Positions 27,968 to 37,480 of a stretch of 64,000 bases of DNA are shown one piece after another. The notes under the pieces were generated by a model. That model searched no databases. It was not told the DNA's origin and saw only the letters and a program-made list of their open reading frames with translations. The stretch is from NCBI GenBank assembly GCA_937974645.1, contig CALJVH010000010.1, positions 1,771 through 65,770 of the forward strand. Reading direction: 5' to 3'. The translations under genes were made by a program, and so were the position numbers. Position 1 is the stretch's first letter. Each line of letters opens with the position of its first letter. The stretch is from an uncultured archaeon (GTDB lineage Archaea > Thermoproteota > Nitrososphaeria_A > Caldarchaeales > Wolframiiraptoraceae).

Positions 27968-28317
27968 TATCTCACCACCAGATCCTCCTTTCTGAGAGCA
28001 ATGTTCTCAAAAGTCTTGCTCATGCTTATCGCCTTGGTTGGACAGACCTCGGCGCACTGGGCGCAGTATATGCACTTGTAAATGTAGAAGATAGGCCTCT
28101 TGCCCTTCTCATCCTCGATCATTTCGATCGCCCTGGCGGGGCAGACCCTGAAGCAGAGCTGGCATCCAATGCATTTCGCTCGATCGAACTCTATCCTACC
28201 CCTGAACCCCTCGGGGAGATGGATTTTATCGAGCTCCCTGTATGGGTAGAGTATCGTGGCCCTTCTCCTGAACAGGCTTCTCAAGGCCTCTGCCAAAAGG
28301 CGTCCAGGAATTCTCAT
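27967..28317 (-). CDS. NuoI/MbhN-like 2x[4Fe-4S] ferredoxin subunit
   Basis: [12 protein letters not shown] and [12 protein letters not shown]. The ATG at 28317 lies 2 nt after the NuoH-like stop. Confidence 0.85.
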   Translation of the reverse strand: MRIPGRLLAEALRSLFRRRATILYPYRELDKIHLPEGFRGRIEFDRAKCIGCQLCFRVCPARAIEMIEDEKGKRPIFYIYKCIYCAQCAEVCPTKAISMSKTFENIALRKEDLVVR

Positions 28318-28319
28318 CC

Positions 28320-29285
28320 CTAAACGATCACCTCCGTCAGGATCATGAGTATCATGGCCGGAGGCATGAGATACCTCCAAGAGAAGGAGACCATCTGATC
28401 TATCCTTAGCCTCGCGAATAATGCTCTAATCAAGGTGAAGATTGCGAGAACAATTATAGATTTCAGGAGGAAGTAGATCACGTATAGAATCGGCTCGAGC
28501 CCCGGAATTACTGGACCCAGGGGGCCTCCGAGGAATATGGCAGCGCCGAGGCCAGAGAGGAGGAAGAGTTCGAGGTCCTTTGAGAGCCTAAATAACGCGA
28601 GCCTCCTGCCGCCGTATTCGACCTCCCATCCGGAGACTATCTCCTGCTCGGCCTCCGGTATGTCAAATGGTATCTTCTCCATCTCTGCCTGCGATGCTAT
28701 GACAAAGATCATGAAGCCTATCAGCTGGATGCCGGCGATGAGCCAGAGGCCCTTCTCGGCCTGAACCTCAACTATTCCCCGAATGCTCAGTGAGCCGGCG
28801 GCTACTGCGGCACTTAGCAGGCTGAGCGTCAACGGTATCTCATAGCCTATTAGCTGGAGAGATGCTCTCACCGCGCCTATCGAGGCAAACCTATTATTCG
28901 AGCCCTCGCCAGCGAGATACACTGTTATTGTGTAAAGTGATAGAAGCGCGATCACGACTATCAGATCTCCCTCGAACGAGAGCACCCCGGATGGCCCGGC
29001 TATCGGCAGAAACATGCAAGCGAAAAGCATCAGGGCTGGAGCGAGCATCGGCGTCAGCGTGAAGAGGAGTCTGTCCGCAGCCATTGGTACAATGTCCTCC
29101 TTGGAGAGGAGCTTGATGAGGTCGGCGATGGGTTGGAAGAGCCCAAAGGGACCCGTGAGATGCGGGCCAATTCTATTTTGGAACCTAGCATATAGCTTCC
29201 GGTCGATCCACTCGTAAAAGAGCGAGACCGCCAGCACGAAGATTACTCCTGGGAAGAATATTGTAGCAAGTATCATCTCGATCAT
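28320..29285 (-). CDS. NuoH/HycD/MbhM-like membrane subunit
   Basis: 321-aa polytopic protein with a NuoH-like N-terminus ([31 protein letters not shown]). Confidence 0.8.
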   Translation of the reverse strand: MIEMILATIFFPGVIFVLAVSLFYEWIDRKLYARFQNRIGPHLTGPFGLFQPIADLIKLLSKEDIVPMAADRLLFTLTPMLAPALMLFACMFLPIAGPSGVLSFEGDLIVVIALLSLYTITVYLAGEGSNNRFASIGAVRASLQLIGYEIPLTLSLLSAAVAAGSLSIRGIVEVQAEKGLWLIAGIQLIGFMIFVIASQAEMEKIPFDIPEAEQEIVSGWEVEYGGRRLALFRLSKDLELFLLSGLGAAIFLGGPLGPVIPGLEPILYVIYFLLKSIIVLAIFTLIRALFARLRIDQMVSFSWRYLMPPAMILMILTEVIV

Positions 29286-30475
29286 CTCTTCTCAACCCTC
29301 CTCTCACGCGAGAGCCTTATGATGTCATCAAGCGTCATGGTCATCCGCCTTCTCCTCGCCTCGTCGGTGATCACGATCCTCGCGCTACAGCATATGCATG
29401 GATCTATTCCGCCGAGGATCGCTGGGACATCGGCTATATAGACTTCGTAATCGCCCCTGCTTCTCAGCATCTCCGTGACTGAGAGGAGGTTCGCGAGGGT
29501 CGGCGTCCTGACTCTATACCTGTATGGTTTCTCCCCGCCATCCGAGATCGAGTAGTGCACAAGCTCACCTCTCGGCGCCTCAACCCTCGCCAAAGACTCA
29601 CCCGGAGGAGTCTTGAAGAATGACGGTATCTTCAACCTATAGTCGCCGGATGGTATGTGGTCGAGGGCGTAGCGAATCATGTTCACGCACTCGTAGACCT
29701 CCCTAACCCTGACCTTTATCCTAGCATAGCAGTCGCACGTATCCCAAGTGACTACATTGAACGGGACCTCGTCGTGGCCGCTGTACGGATCATCAAGCCT
29801 GATATCATGCTTTATTCTCGACGCTCTCAGGTGCGGGCCGACCGCGCCCATCTTCACAGCGTCTTCGGGCTTAAGTATTCCCACTCCTTGGGTTCTCGCG
29901 AGGATCGTCGGCTCAGAGTCTATCACTTTCTCATAGTAGCGCATCCTCTCCTCGATGTAATCCAGCGCCCTCCTTAGATTCTGCTCAGCCTCGGGCGCTA
30001 GATCTCTCCTTACACCGCCTATCGTGTTGTAGGATGTGATGACCCTGTTTCCCGTGATGAGCTCAAGCATGTCCATGACCCTTTCCCTATCTCTCCAGAA
30101 GTACATGAAGAGGGTCTCGAATCCTAGCGTGTGGAAATAGTGGCCGAGCCAGAGGAGGTGGCTGTGAATCCTGCTAAGCTCCTCCACTATGATTCTGAGG
30201 TACTTCGCTCTAGGAGGAGCCTCCTTGCCGAGAAGCTGCTCGATATTGAGGCAGTAGCAGAGTGAGTGAGCGGCATTACATATTCCGCATATTCTCTCCA
30301 CAAGGTAGAGCCCCTGAATATACGGCCTCGTCTCCAGAGCCTTCTCGATGCCCTTGTGAATGTAGCTGACGTCCACATCAACATCAACTATGAGCTCACC
30401 CTCAACTGTCAGCCTAAGCATGAGGGGCTCAACATGTATCGGGTGCTGGGGACCTATTGGGATCTCGAAGCTCAT
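29282..30475 (-). CDS. Group 4 [NiFe] hydrogenase large subunit at the NuoD position
   Basis: ERICGICNAAH (Cys63, Cys66) and DPCICCSAR (Cys360, Cys363), followed by a 31-aa C-terminal tail. 4-nt overlaps with NuoC-like and NuoH-like genes. Confidence 0.9.
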   Translation of the reverse strand: MSFEIPIGPQHPIHVEPLMLRLTVEGELIVDVDVDVSYIHKGIEKALETRPYIQGLYLVERICGICNAAHSLCYCLNIEQLLGKEAPPRAKYLRIIVEELSRIHSHLLWLGHYFHTLGFETLFMYFWRDRERVMDMLELITGNRVITSYNTIGGVRRDLAPEAEQNLRRALDYIEERMRYYEKVIDSEPTILARTQGVGILKPEDAVKMGAVGPHLRASRIKHDIRLDDPYSGHDEVPFNVVTWDTCDCYARIKVRVREVYECVNMIRYALDHIPSGDYRLKIPSFFKTPPGESLARVEAPRGELVHYSISDGGEKPYRYRVRTPTLANLLSVTEMLRSRGDYEVYIADVPAILGGIDPCICCSARIVITDEARRRRMTMTLDDIIRLSRERRVEKR

Positions 30476-30981
30476 CCATTTTCACCTCTTTCACCTCCTC
30501 TAAGCGGTTTGGGCTGCTCTGGCGCGTAATCCTTTCTTAGCGGGTGGACTCCCTCTGGCCAATCTTCGGGCAAGAAGAGCCTCTTGAGATTTGGATGACC
30601 ACCGAATACGATGCCCAGCAGGTCGTGTGTCTCCCGCTCATAGAAGCTCGCGGCTGGAAGAATATCGGTTATCGAGTCTATGATCGGGCTATCTTTTGGA
30701 ACATGCGTCTTAATGAGTACGCATGTCGAGTATCCTAAGTGAGCCACGATCTCTAGGTTATCTCCCCGGTCCACTCCGCTCAGGCAGCTAAGGAACTCCA
30801 GCCCGAGATCCTGTGCGACATATCTCACGACATCCTTGTAAGCGTCGGTGGAAACTAGAACCGAGATTCGCCTCTTCCCGAGAGCCTTCGCCTCGAGCAC
30901 TTTCTCGCCAAACTTCTCGGATATCTTCCTAAGAAGTTCCTCCTCGCTCAACCTAGACCTCCCCCCTCTCAATCTTCTCAA
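30472..30981 (-). CDS. NuoC/MbhK-like subunit
   Basis: 30-kDa-subunit-like sequence (ERETHDLLGIVFGGHPNLKRLFLPEDWPEGVHPLRKDY). The start may be the in-frame TTG just after the NuoB-like stop. Confidence 0.8.
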   Translation of the reverse strand: MRRLRGGRSRLSEEELLRKISEKFGEKVLEAKALGKRRISVLVSTDAYKDVVRYVAQDLGLEFLSCLSGVDRGDNLEIVAHLGYSTCVLIKTHVPKDSPIIDSITDILPAASFYERETHDLLGIVFGGHPNLKRLFLPEDWPEGVHPLRKDYAPEQPKPLRGGERGENG

Positions 30982-31393
30982 CCAATATGCTGATCGCCTT
31001 CAGGATGGCCTCCGGCTTAACTGGGCAGCCCGAGACATACGCGTGAACAGGTATAATAGAGTCGAGGCTCGGATACGTGTTATAGCATCCCCAGTATACC
31101 CCGCCGCTCGTCGCGCAGGTTCCAGCAGCAACCACGTACTTCGGCTCCGGCATCTGCTCATATATCCTAATGAGCCTATCCCTCGCCTGCCGGGTAACCG
31201 GACCCGTCACGACTAGAATATCTGCGTGCCTTGGGCTCCCCCGGGCGAGAACTCCAAACCTCTCAACATCATAGCGCGGGGTTAAGCATGCGGCTATCTC
31301 GAGATCACATGCATTGCATGCTCCGGTGTCAAATAGGAGTATCCACGGGCTTCTCGCTCTGCATTTCCTTACCAGCTTCTCAGCAATACCCAT
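30953..31393 (-). CDS. Hydrogenase small subunit at the NuoB position (MbhJ/HycG-like)
   Basis: Cluster ligands GACNACDLE, GTCATSGG and SGCPVKPE. The first motif is the hydrogenase-type CxxC rather than the complex I tandem CC. Confidence 0.85.
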   Translation of the reverse strand: MGIAEKLVRKCRARSPWILLFDTGACNACDLEIAACLTPRYDVERFGVLARGSPRHADILVVTGPVTRQARDRLIRIYEQMPEPKYVVAAGTCATSGGVYWGCYNTYPSLDSIIPVHAYVSGCPVKPEAILKAISILVEKIERGEV

Positions 31394-31399
31394 CCACGC

Positions 31400-31729
31400 T
31401 CATCTCCTTCTCCCAAGTAGCTGGATCGCGATCCCTAGCACGAGACCATAAATGATGAGGAGGCTGATGATGCCGGGCTTATATGCTGGCGGAACATTTA
31501 TCGTGAATGCCAAGAAGAGCGCGATAACATCGAACACCATGAATAGTGCGGCGAAATTGAAGAGCAACAATCTTATCGGACTCCTAGCTGGGGGGAAGCT
31601 CTCCCCACAGGCATAGGGCTCAAGCTTCATCTTGCTCTTAGGAGCCTTAACAGATAACCTTCCACCCAGAAGGTAGATGAAGAGTATTGTGAGAAACGTT
31701 ACGATAAGCGCAGTAACGAGCTCTTCCAT
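31400..31729 (-). CDS. NuoA-like small membrane subunit
   Basis: Three TM helices with PYACGESFP and FMVFDVIALFLAF, resembling the NuoA YECG and FDVE regions. First gene of the operon. Confidence 0.6.
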   Translation of the reverse strand: MEELVTALIVTFLTILFIYLLGGRLSVKAPKSKMKLEPYACGESFPPARSPIRLLLFNFAALFMVFDVIALFLAFTINVPPAYKPGIISLLIIYGLVLGIAIQLLGRRR

Positions 31730-31806
31730 GAAAGATCAACACTACAATCTGGTAACTCAAATTTAAGTTTGGTCTCCGCATGTGCAGAATCTGTAACACA
31801 GTAATA

Positions 31807-32298
31807 TCACAGCCTCATCAAGAGGCTTAATAAGAAGCTCGTAACCACCTCCTCCGCCGCCCTAACTGCGGGGCTTATGCCTCTTCCAAATTCTAAGGTT
31901 TCCACCTGTATTCCTAAGACATATGCTGGCACGCTTATCTCTGAGAGCTTCATGATTAAATCTAGCGGCATTCCATGCGTTGAGATTGTCTTTCCTGACG
32001 CTTCCTCTAACTTCATAAGCCTAATTTCTCCGGATCTGCCACCGAAATCCGCGGCATCAAAGAATATAATGGCCCCAGGGGCCATGGGCTTCAGCATTCT
32101 TGGAATCAGGTCAACCCTATCCTCCACAATAACCACTTTTATCTTCTCATTTTTCAGGAGCCGCTTTAGAGTTTTCGCGAGCTCGACTCCTACGCCATCA
32201 TCTCCTCGAAGCGGATTGCCAACGCCGACTAGCACTAAGTCTCCACCCCTCATCAACAAATCATCAATGATCTGCTTGAGCTCCTTCCTCCAGTTCAT
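31807..32298 (-). CDS. [NiFe] hydrogenase maturation endopeptidase (HycI-like) for the membrane-bound enzyme
   Basis: LVLVGVGNPLRGDDGVGVELAKTL. Directly upstream of the 12-gene operon on the same strand. Confidence 0.8.
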   Translation of the reverse strand: MNWRKELKQIIDDLLMRGGDLVLVGVGNPLRGDDGVGVELAKTLKRLLKNEKIKVVIVEDRVDLIPRMLKPMAPGAIIFFDAADFGGRSGEIRLMKLEEASGKTISTHGMPLDLIMKLSEISVPAYVLGIQVETLEFGRGISPAVRAAEEVVTSFLLSLLMRL

Positions 32299-32375
32299 AT
32301 CAGGGCCAGTAATATCGTGGAAAAACCGAGGTTAAACCTTTATTATCGTTGCGCCGGGATCCACACGACCGTGTG

Positions 32376-33560
32376 ATGGGAGGTATGGATTCCGCCGATC
32401 TGATGAAGAAAATTCTCTCAAGGTACAGGGATTCGGCGCTGGCGAGAAGCCTAGTTAATAAGATCTGGGAGGTTGCCAGAGATCTTCCGAGAGTTAGGAT
32501 AATGCACGTATGCGGGACCCATGAATGGACCATAACCCACTGGGGCATTAGGGCCCTTCTTCCGGATAATGTTGAGGTTAGGGCTGGTCCCGGATGTCCG
32601 GTCTGTATAACCCCAGCATCCGATATAGATGTGGCTGTCAAGCTCGCGCTCGATGGGATTAATGTCCTCACATATGGCGATATGTCGAGAGCGAAGGGCT
32701 CTAGAATGATCTCACTCGAAGACTGCGCCGTTGATGGCGGCAAGGTTAGAATAGCATATAGCTTCATGGACGCAGTGAAGATCGCTAGCAATAACCCGGA
32801 TAGAGAATACATCTTTCTCGGGGCGGGATTCGAGACAACAGCACCTACAGTAGCATACTACGTCCTGAAAGGTCTTCCAAGAAATCTTAAGATCCTCTCA
32901 GCCCACAGATATGTTCCGCCAGCAGTTGGATCTCTAGCGGAATCCGAAGATCTCGAAATAGACGGCTTCATAAATCCGGGGCATGCCTCGACCGTGAGCG
33001 GGATGAAAGCATATAAGCCGTATTTTGATAGGTGTGGGAGGCCAATGGTTTTCGCTGGCTTCGAGCCAATAGACGTTTTGATGGCGATCTACATGATCCT
33101 TAAGCAGTTGAAAGAACGAGCCCCAAGAATGGAGAATGAGTACGTGAGGTCTGTGACGTGGGAAGGGAATCTGAGAGCGCAACAAGCACTTCAAGAAGTC
33201 TTCGACTTCGAGGAGGGCTACTGGAGGGGAGTCGCGATCATACCGGCGAGCGCGATGAACTTTAAAGAAAAGTTTTCGCAAGTTGATGCTAGGAGAATTT
33301 ACGGCCTAGAGTATGGGAGGGGAGACTACTTTCCATCAGAAGCCAGATGCGCTGAGATAATAAAGGGGATTATTGACCCGCCCGACTGCCCTCTCTACAT
33401 GAAGATATGCACGCCCTTAACACCGGTCGGTCCAGCAATGGTCGGACTTGAAGGAACATGCAGGATCTGGGCGCAGAACAGGATCCTCGTCAAGGACATT
33501 AAGTGCATGAGCGGCGCATGTGGAATAAGCCGGGAGGCGAAGCCCGTGAAAAGATCGTGA
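32376..33560 (+). CDS. hypD: Hydrogenase maturation protein HypD
   Basis: MHVCGTHEW and GPGCPVCITP motifs. The ATG at 32376 is preferred over the TTG at 32349. Confidence 0.9.
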   Translation: MGGMDSADLMKKILSRYRDSALARSLVNKIWEVARDLPRVRIMHVCGTHEWTITHWGIRALLPDNVEVRAGPGCPVCITPASDIDVAVKLALDGINVLTYGDMSRAKGSRMISLEDCAVDGGKVRIAYSFMDAVKIASNNPDREYIFLGAGFETTAPTVAYYVLKGLPRNLKILSAHRYVPPAVGSLAESEDLEIDGFINPGHASTVSGMKAYKPYFDRCGRPMVFAGFEPIDVLMAIYMILKQLKERAPRMENEYVRSVTWEGNLRAQQALQEVFDFEEGYWRGVAIIPASAMNFKEKFSQVDARRIYGLEYGRGDYFPSEARCAEIIKGIIDPPDCPLYMKICTPLTPVGPAMVGLEGTCRIWAQNRILVKDIKCMSGACGISREAKPVKRS

Positions 33561-33581
33561 AGAAGGGAGCGGATTCCATTA

Positions 33582-34646
33582 ATGAAGGCGGATGAGAGGA
33601 TAAGCATTGCGCATGGTGCTGGCGGACTACAAATGCACAAGCTCATCAAGGAGCATATACTGCCAAAGTTCAAGCAGAGGAGGAAACTCGAGATCCCCCT
33701 CTCGCTTCTCATCGACTCTGCCGTAATTGATGGTATAGCTTTCACAACGGATTCGTATACAGTTAAGCCCCTTTTCTTCCCGGGAGGCAATATTGGGAGG
33801 CTGAGCGTCTCCGGAACTGTGAATGACCTTTCAGTTATTGGAAGCGAGCCTCTGGCAATTTCGTGCGCTTTAGTAATCGAAGAAGGGTTCGAGATCGAGA
33901 AGCTGGACGAGATCCTGTTAAGCATGGAGGAGACGGCCGAGGAGGCTGGAATCGAAATCGTGACCGGCGACACAAAAGTCGTCGAGAAGGGCAAGCTTGA
34001 CGAGATGATAATTAATACAGCCGGCATAGGCAGGAGAAGCCCATACCTAGACAGGAATCTAGAGAGAGCGGCTTCTGATGGAAGATCCCTGAAATCAAGA
34101 TGGCTTGACCCCCGCAATGTAAGGCCTGGTGATAGGCTAATAGTTTCAGGGCCCATCGGGGACCACGCCATGACGATAATAGCTGCTAGAGGTGAGCTCG
34201 GCTTCGAGGCACCGGATTTAAGATCCGACACCGCGCCATTAAACCGCTTGATGGAAAGAGCCCTCGAGGTGGGAGGAATATTGGCCGCGAAGGATCCCAC
34301 AAGAGGCGGACTAGCGGCGCTTCTAAACGAGTGGAGCGAAATTACGGGGTTCGGTATCCTAGTGAAGGAGATGCTCATACCGGTACGTGAAGAAGTGAGG
34401 ACAGGATGTGAGATACTCGGCATCGACCCGCTGGAGTTAGCATGCGAGGGGAGAGTAGTCCTAGCGGTTTCCGAGAAATTTGCTGGAGAAGTTCTAGAAG
34501 CCCTGCGCTCTCACCCGCTAGGCCGTGAAGCCGAGGTCGTAGGATGGTTCTCTGATGAGCATGAGGGGGTAGTAGTCGAGACCGAGATAGGGGGACTAAG
34601 ATATCTGCCGATGCCTCTCGGAGATCCCGCCCCCAGAATATGCTAA
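33582..34646 (+). CDS. hypE: Hydrogenase maturation protein HypE
   Basis: AIR-synthase-like fold (ISIAHGAGG, TTDSYTVKPLFFPGGNIG) with the C-terminal PRIC motif. Confidence 0.9.
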   Translation: MKADERISIAHGAGGLQMHKLIKEHILPKFKQRRKLEIPLSLLIDSAVIDGIAFTTDSYTVKPLFFPGGNIGRLSVSGTVNDLSVIGSEPLAISCALVIEEGFEIEKLDEILLSMEETAEEAGIEIVTGDTKVVEKGKLDEMIINTAGIGRRSPYLDRNLERAASDGRSLKSRWLDPRNVRPGDRLIVSGPIGDHAMTIIAARGELGFEAPDLRSDTAPLNRLMERALEVGGILAAKDPTRGGLAALLNEWSEITGFGILVKEMLIPVREEVRTGCEILGIDPLELACEGRVVLAVSEKFAGEVLEALRSHPLGREAEVVGWFSDEHEGVVVETEIGGLRYLPMPLGDPAPRIC

Positions 34647-34943
34647 GCATTAAAGCAGTAATTCAGCGCGTAACGAGCATCTCGCATAGCATCCTCGAAC
34701 CATGCGCGCAACCATTCGGGCATAGCTGTAAGATTAGCGCCTGTTGCCGGGAAGCCGCTGAAGGAATCTTCTAGCGATAATTTTAGCCACTATCTTCTCC
34801 TAGGAAGCGGTGTAATTGAGTCGGCTTAGATTGATGCACAACATAACAGGTAAGAATGAACGTGACTGACAATTTATATTGTGGATGGCTGCGGGAAAAT
34901 TCATATTTCGGAAACCCGGTCTAGTGTTCTCAGATCGGCTTCC

Positions 34944-37268
34944 ATGAAAGCTGTTAAGATATACGTTACAGGAGTTGTTCAAGGGGTTGGCTTCAGGCCC
35001 TTTATAAGGAGAATTGCACATCTCGCCGACGTATCCGGCTATGTTAAAAACCTTGGTGGGGGAGAGGTGGAGATTCACGTAGAGGCGAACGATGAAGCAA
35101 AAATCGAGCTCTTCTTTAAACTTTTCAAGGAAAAAAGGCCGCCGTCCGCAAGGATGGATTGTGTGAAAAGCATAGAAGTTAATCCATTAGGCATTCAGGG
35201 ATTTAGGATTCTGGAGAGCAGCGGAGAGAGATTACTCGCCTCAGAGATTCCCCAGGATCTTGCAATGTGCGAAGAGTGTCTCAAGGAGATTTTGAACCCA
35301 CACTCGAGGTGGTATAAATATCCATTCAATAGCTGTGCGTGGTGTGGGCCCAGGTACTCGATGATTTACAAGCTTCCTTATGATAGGGAGAATACGGCGA
35401 TGCGGGATTTCCCGTTGTGCGACGAGTGCTTGGGCGAATACGACGATCTCTGGAATGAGAGAAGGCATCACGCTCAAGGAATAAGTTGCCCGAGATGCGG
35501 CCCCAGCGTATTCCTTCTGGATAGGGGTTTGGAAAGGGTCGAGGTTGATGACCCCGTGAGAGAGGCTGCCAAGTTGATTAATGATGGTATGATTATCGCG
35601 GTTAAGGGGGTTGGCGGATACCATATAGCATGCCTCGCGAGTGATGATGAAGTCGTGTTCGAGCTCAGAAAAAGGAAGGGGCGGCCTAGGAAGCCTTTCG
35701 CCATAATGGCGCTGAACTTAGAGGTCGCGGAAAGGCTCGTCGAGATTCCCAAGGAGTTCCTCGAGCTGTTCACCAGCTTCATCAAGCCCATAATAATCCT
35801 TCCAAAGAAAGAGGGCTGCCCGGTTTCAGACTACGTGGCCCCCTCGCTCCGGAGTCTTGGGATAATGCTCGCGTACACTCCGCTTCACTATCTGCTCCTG
35901 ATGGAGAGCAGGGATAAGTTCATGGTGATGACCAGTGGAAACGTTCACGGAGATCCGATGATAAGCGATGAGTCTAGGCTGAAGGAGCTCACGAGTATAG
36001 TTGATTACATCTTGGCGCATAACAGGAGGATAGTTCACAGGGTTGATGACTCGGTTGTTAGGTCGACTCATGGGGGCACCGTGATCCTAAGATATGGGAG
36101 GGGATATGCTCCAAGGATTCTCAAGCTTAAGCATGTCCTCAGAAAGCCGGTAATAGCCTTTGGGGGGGATCTCGAGACCAATGGCGCGGTTGGGTTCGAC
36201 GATAACGTGATTTTAGCGCCTTACTCCGGTGACATGGATAGCCCGAGAGTGCTTGAGGAGCATATCAGCAACATAGAGTTTCTCACGAGCTGCTATGGCT
36301 TGAAGGAAAGAAATCCGGTTGTCGCCGCGGATCTTCACCCAGCCTATCACTCGAGGAGGGCCGCGGAGAGATATGCCTCCAGCAATGATTTTGAGCTTAA
36401 GCTTGTTCAGCATCATCTCGCCCATTTCGCCTCAATCATGGCAGAGATAGGCCATGACCCGGAGGAGCCCGCCGTGGGGATAGCCATTGATGGAGCTGGC
36501 TATGGACTTGATGGAGCGATCTGGGGAGGCGAGATTCTAGCATGGTTGGATGGAGTGTTCGAGCGCGTGGGATTTCTGGACTACTCGCTCATGCCTGGCG
36601 GCGACCTTGCCTCATATAGGCCTGCTAGAATGCTCATGTCAATATTATCTAAGTTCATGAGCCTCGAGGAGGTTGAATCCTACGTCTATAGACATGGTCT
36701 CCTAAAGGGGCTCAAGCATGGAATGAGAGAGCTTAAAGCAGTTTTAGCCCAGATTAAGCAGGGGAAGGGACCAGTTACCTCAAGCACTGGAAGATTCTTA
36801 GATAGCATTTCAGCTCTCCTGAATCTCTGCCTCGAGAGAACATATGAGGGGGAGCCAGCAATAATGCTCGAAGAAGCATCTCATGGCGGAGCGCTAATAG
36901 TTAGGAGTTCAGATGATTTCATCTCCAAAAAAGGAGATGCGCATCTCGTAATGACTGGAGGAATCATGAAAGCTCTCGTGGAGAATCTTGACAACAACTC
37001 TAGACGTGACTTAGCTTACACGGCACAGTACCTCTTAGGAGAGTGTCTTGGAATAATTGCCGCAGAAAAAGCCCAAGAGCTAGGAGTTAAGGCTATATAC
37101 GTCTCGGGTGGAGCCGCAGTTAACCACGTAATACTCTCAGCTATAGAGCATGCTTCAAGACTCAAAGTTCATGTGAATAGGATGATACCAGCGGGAGACG
37201 GCGGAGTCGCTGTAGGACAGGTTTATCTCGCTGGGCTTTTGGGGGCGGAAAAACTCTTCGAGAAATAG
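34944..37268 (+). CDS. hypF: Carbamoyltransferase HypF
   Basis: Acylphosphatase domain VKIYVTGVVQGVGFRPFI, two zinc-finger pairs (CEECLKE...CAWCGPRYS; CDECLGE...CPRCGP), then YrdC-like and Kae1-like domains. ATG at 34944. Confidence 0.9.
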   Translation: MKAVKIYVTGVVQGVGFRPFIRRIAHLADVSGYVKNLGGGEVEIHVEANDEAKIELFFKLFKEKRPPSARMDCVKSIEVNPLGIQGFRILESSGERLLASEIPQDLAMCEECLKEILNPHSRWYKYPFNSCAWCGPRYSMIYKLPYDRENTAMRDFPLCDECLGEYDDLWNERRHHAQGISCPRCGPSVFLLDRGLERVEVDDPVREAAKLINDGMIIAVKGVGGYHIACLASDDEVVFELRKRKGRPRKPFAIMALNLEVAERLVEIPKEFLELFTSFIKPIIILPKKEGCPVSDYVAPSLRSLGIMLAYTPLHYLLLMESRDKFMVMTSGNVHGDPMISDESRLKELTSIVDYILAHNRRIVHRVDDSVVRSTHGGTVILRYGRGYAPRILKLKHVLRKPVIAFGGDLETNGAVGFDDNVILAPYSGDMDSPRVLEEHISNIEFLTSCYGLKERNPVVAADLHPAYHSRRAAERYASSNDFELKLVQHHLAHFASIMAEIGHDPEEPAVGIAIDGAGYGLDGAIWGGEILAWLDGVFERVGFLDYSLMPGGDLASYRPARMLMSILSKFMSLEEVESYVYRHGLLKGLKHGMRELKAVLAQIKQGKGPVTSSTGRFLDSISALLNLCLERTYEGEPAIMLEEASHGGALIVRSSDDFISKKGDAHLVMTGGIMKALVENLDNNSRRDLAYTAQYLLGECLGIIAAEKAQELGVKAIYVSGGAAVNHVILSAIEHASRLKVHVNRMIPAGDGGVAVGQVYLAGLLGAEKLFEK

Positions 37269-37480
37269 GCCATGAAAACTATTCAGGTGATGAAATAAGG
37301 ACGCTGCTGATGCAATTGTTCCGATCCCGGAAGGGCATGATGAATCCCAAGAGCTATTATGCATGCCGTCAAGGACATGCGTAGCTTGAAACCTAAAGAT
37401 TCCATTCTTTGGAAGGCCTATTCCTGGAGGTTCTAGAATAGTCAAAGCCATAAGGGGGCTTGCCGAACAAACTGGGAACA

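Noticed and set aside
31877-32812. 152-codon (+) and 170-codon (-) ORFs opposite the HycI-like protease and hypD
   Set aside because: Both are antisense to genes with clear family signatures and have Ser-rich, motif-free translations, so they are shadow ORFs.
33395-34423. 342-codon ORF on the minus strand spanning the hypD/hypE junction
   Set aside because: It is antisense to two genes with unmistakable HypD/HypE motifs. The translation is Ser/Pro/Ile-rich and low in complexity with no motif, so it is a typical shadow ORF of strongly biased coding sequence.
37284-37360. C/D-box sRNA-like motifs downstream of hypF (GUGAUGA, 13 nt, CUGA, then AUGAUGA)
   Set aside because: The D'-to-C' spacing is about 26 nt, far longer than in archaeal C/D sRNAs. 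No terminal CUGA D box follows the second guide position, and no terminal stem is present.
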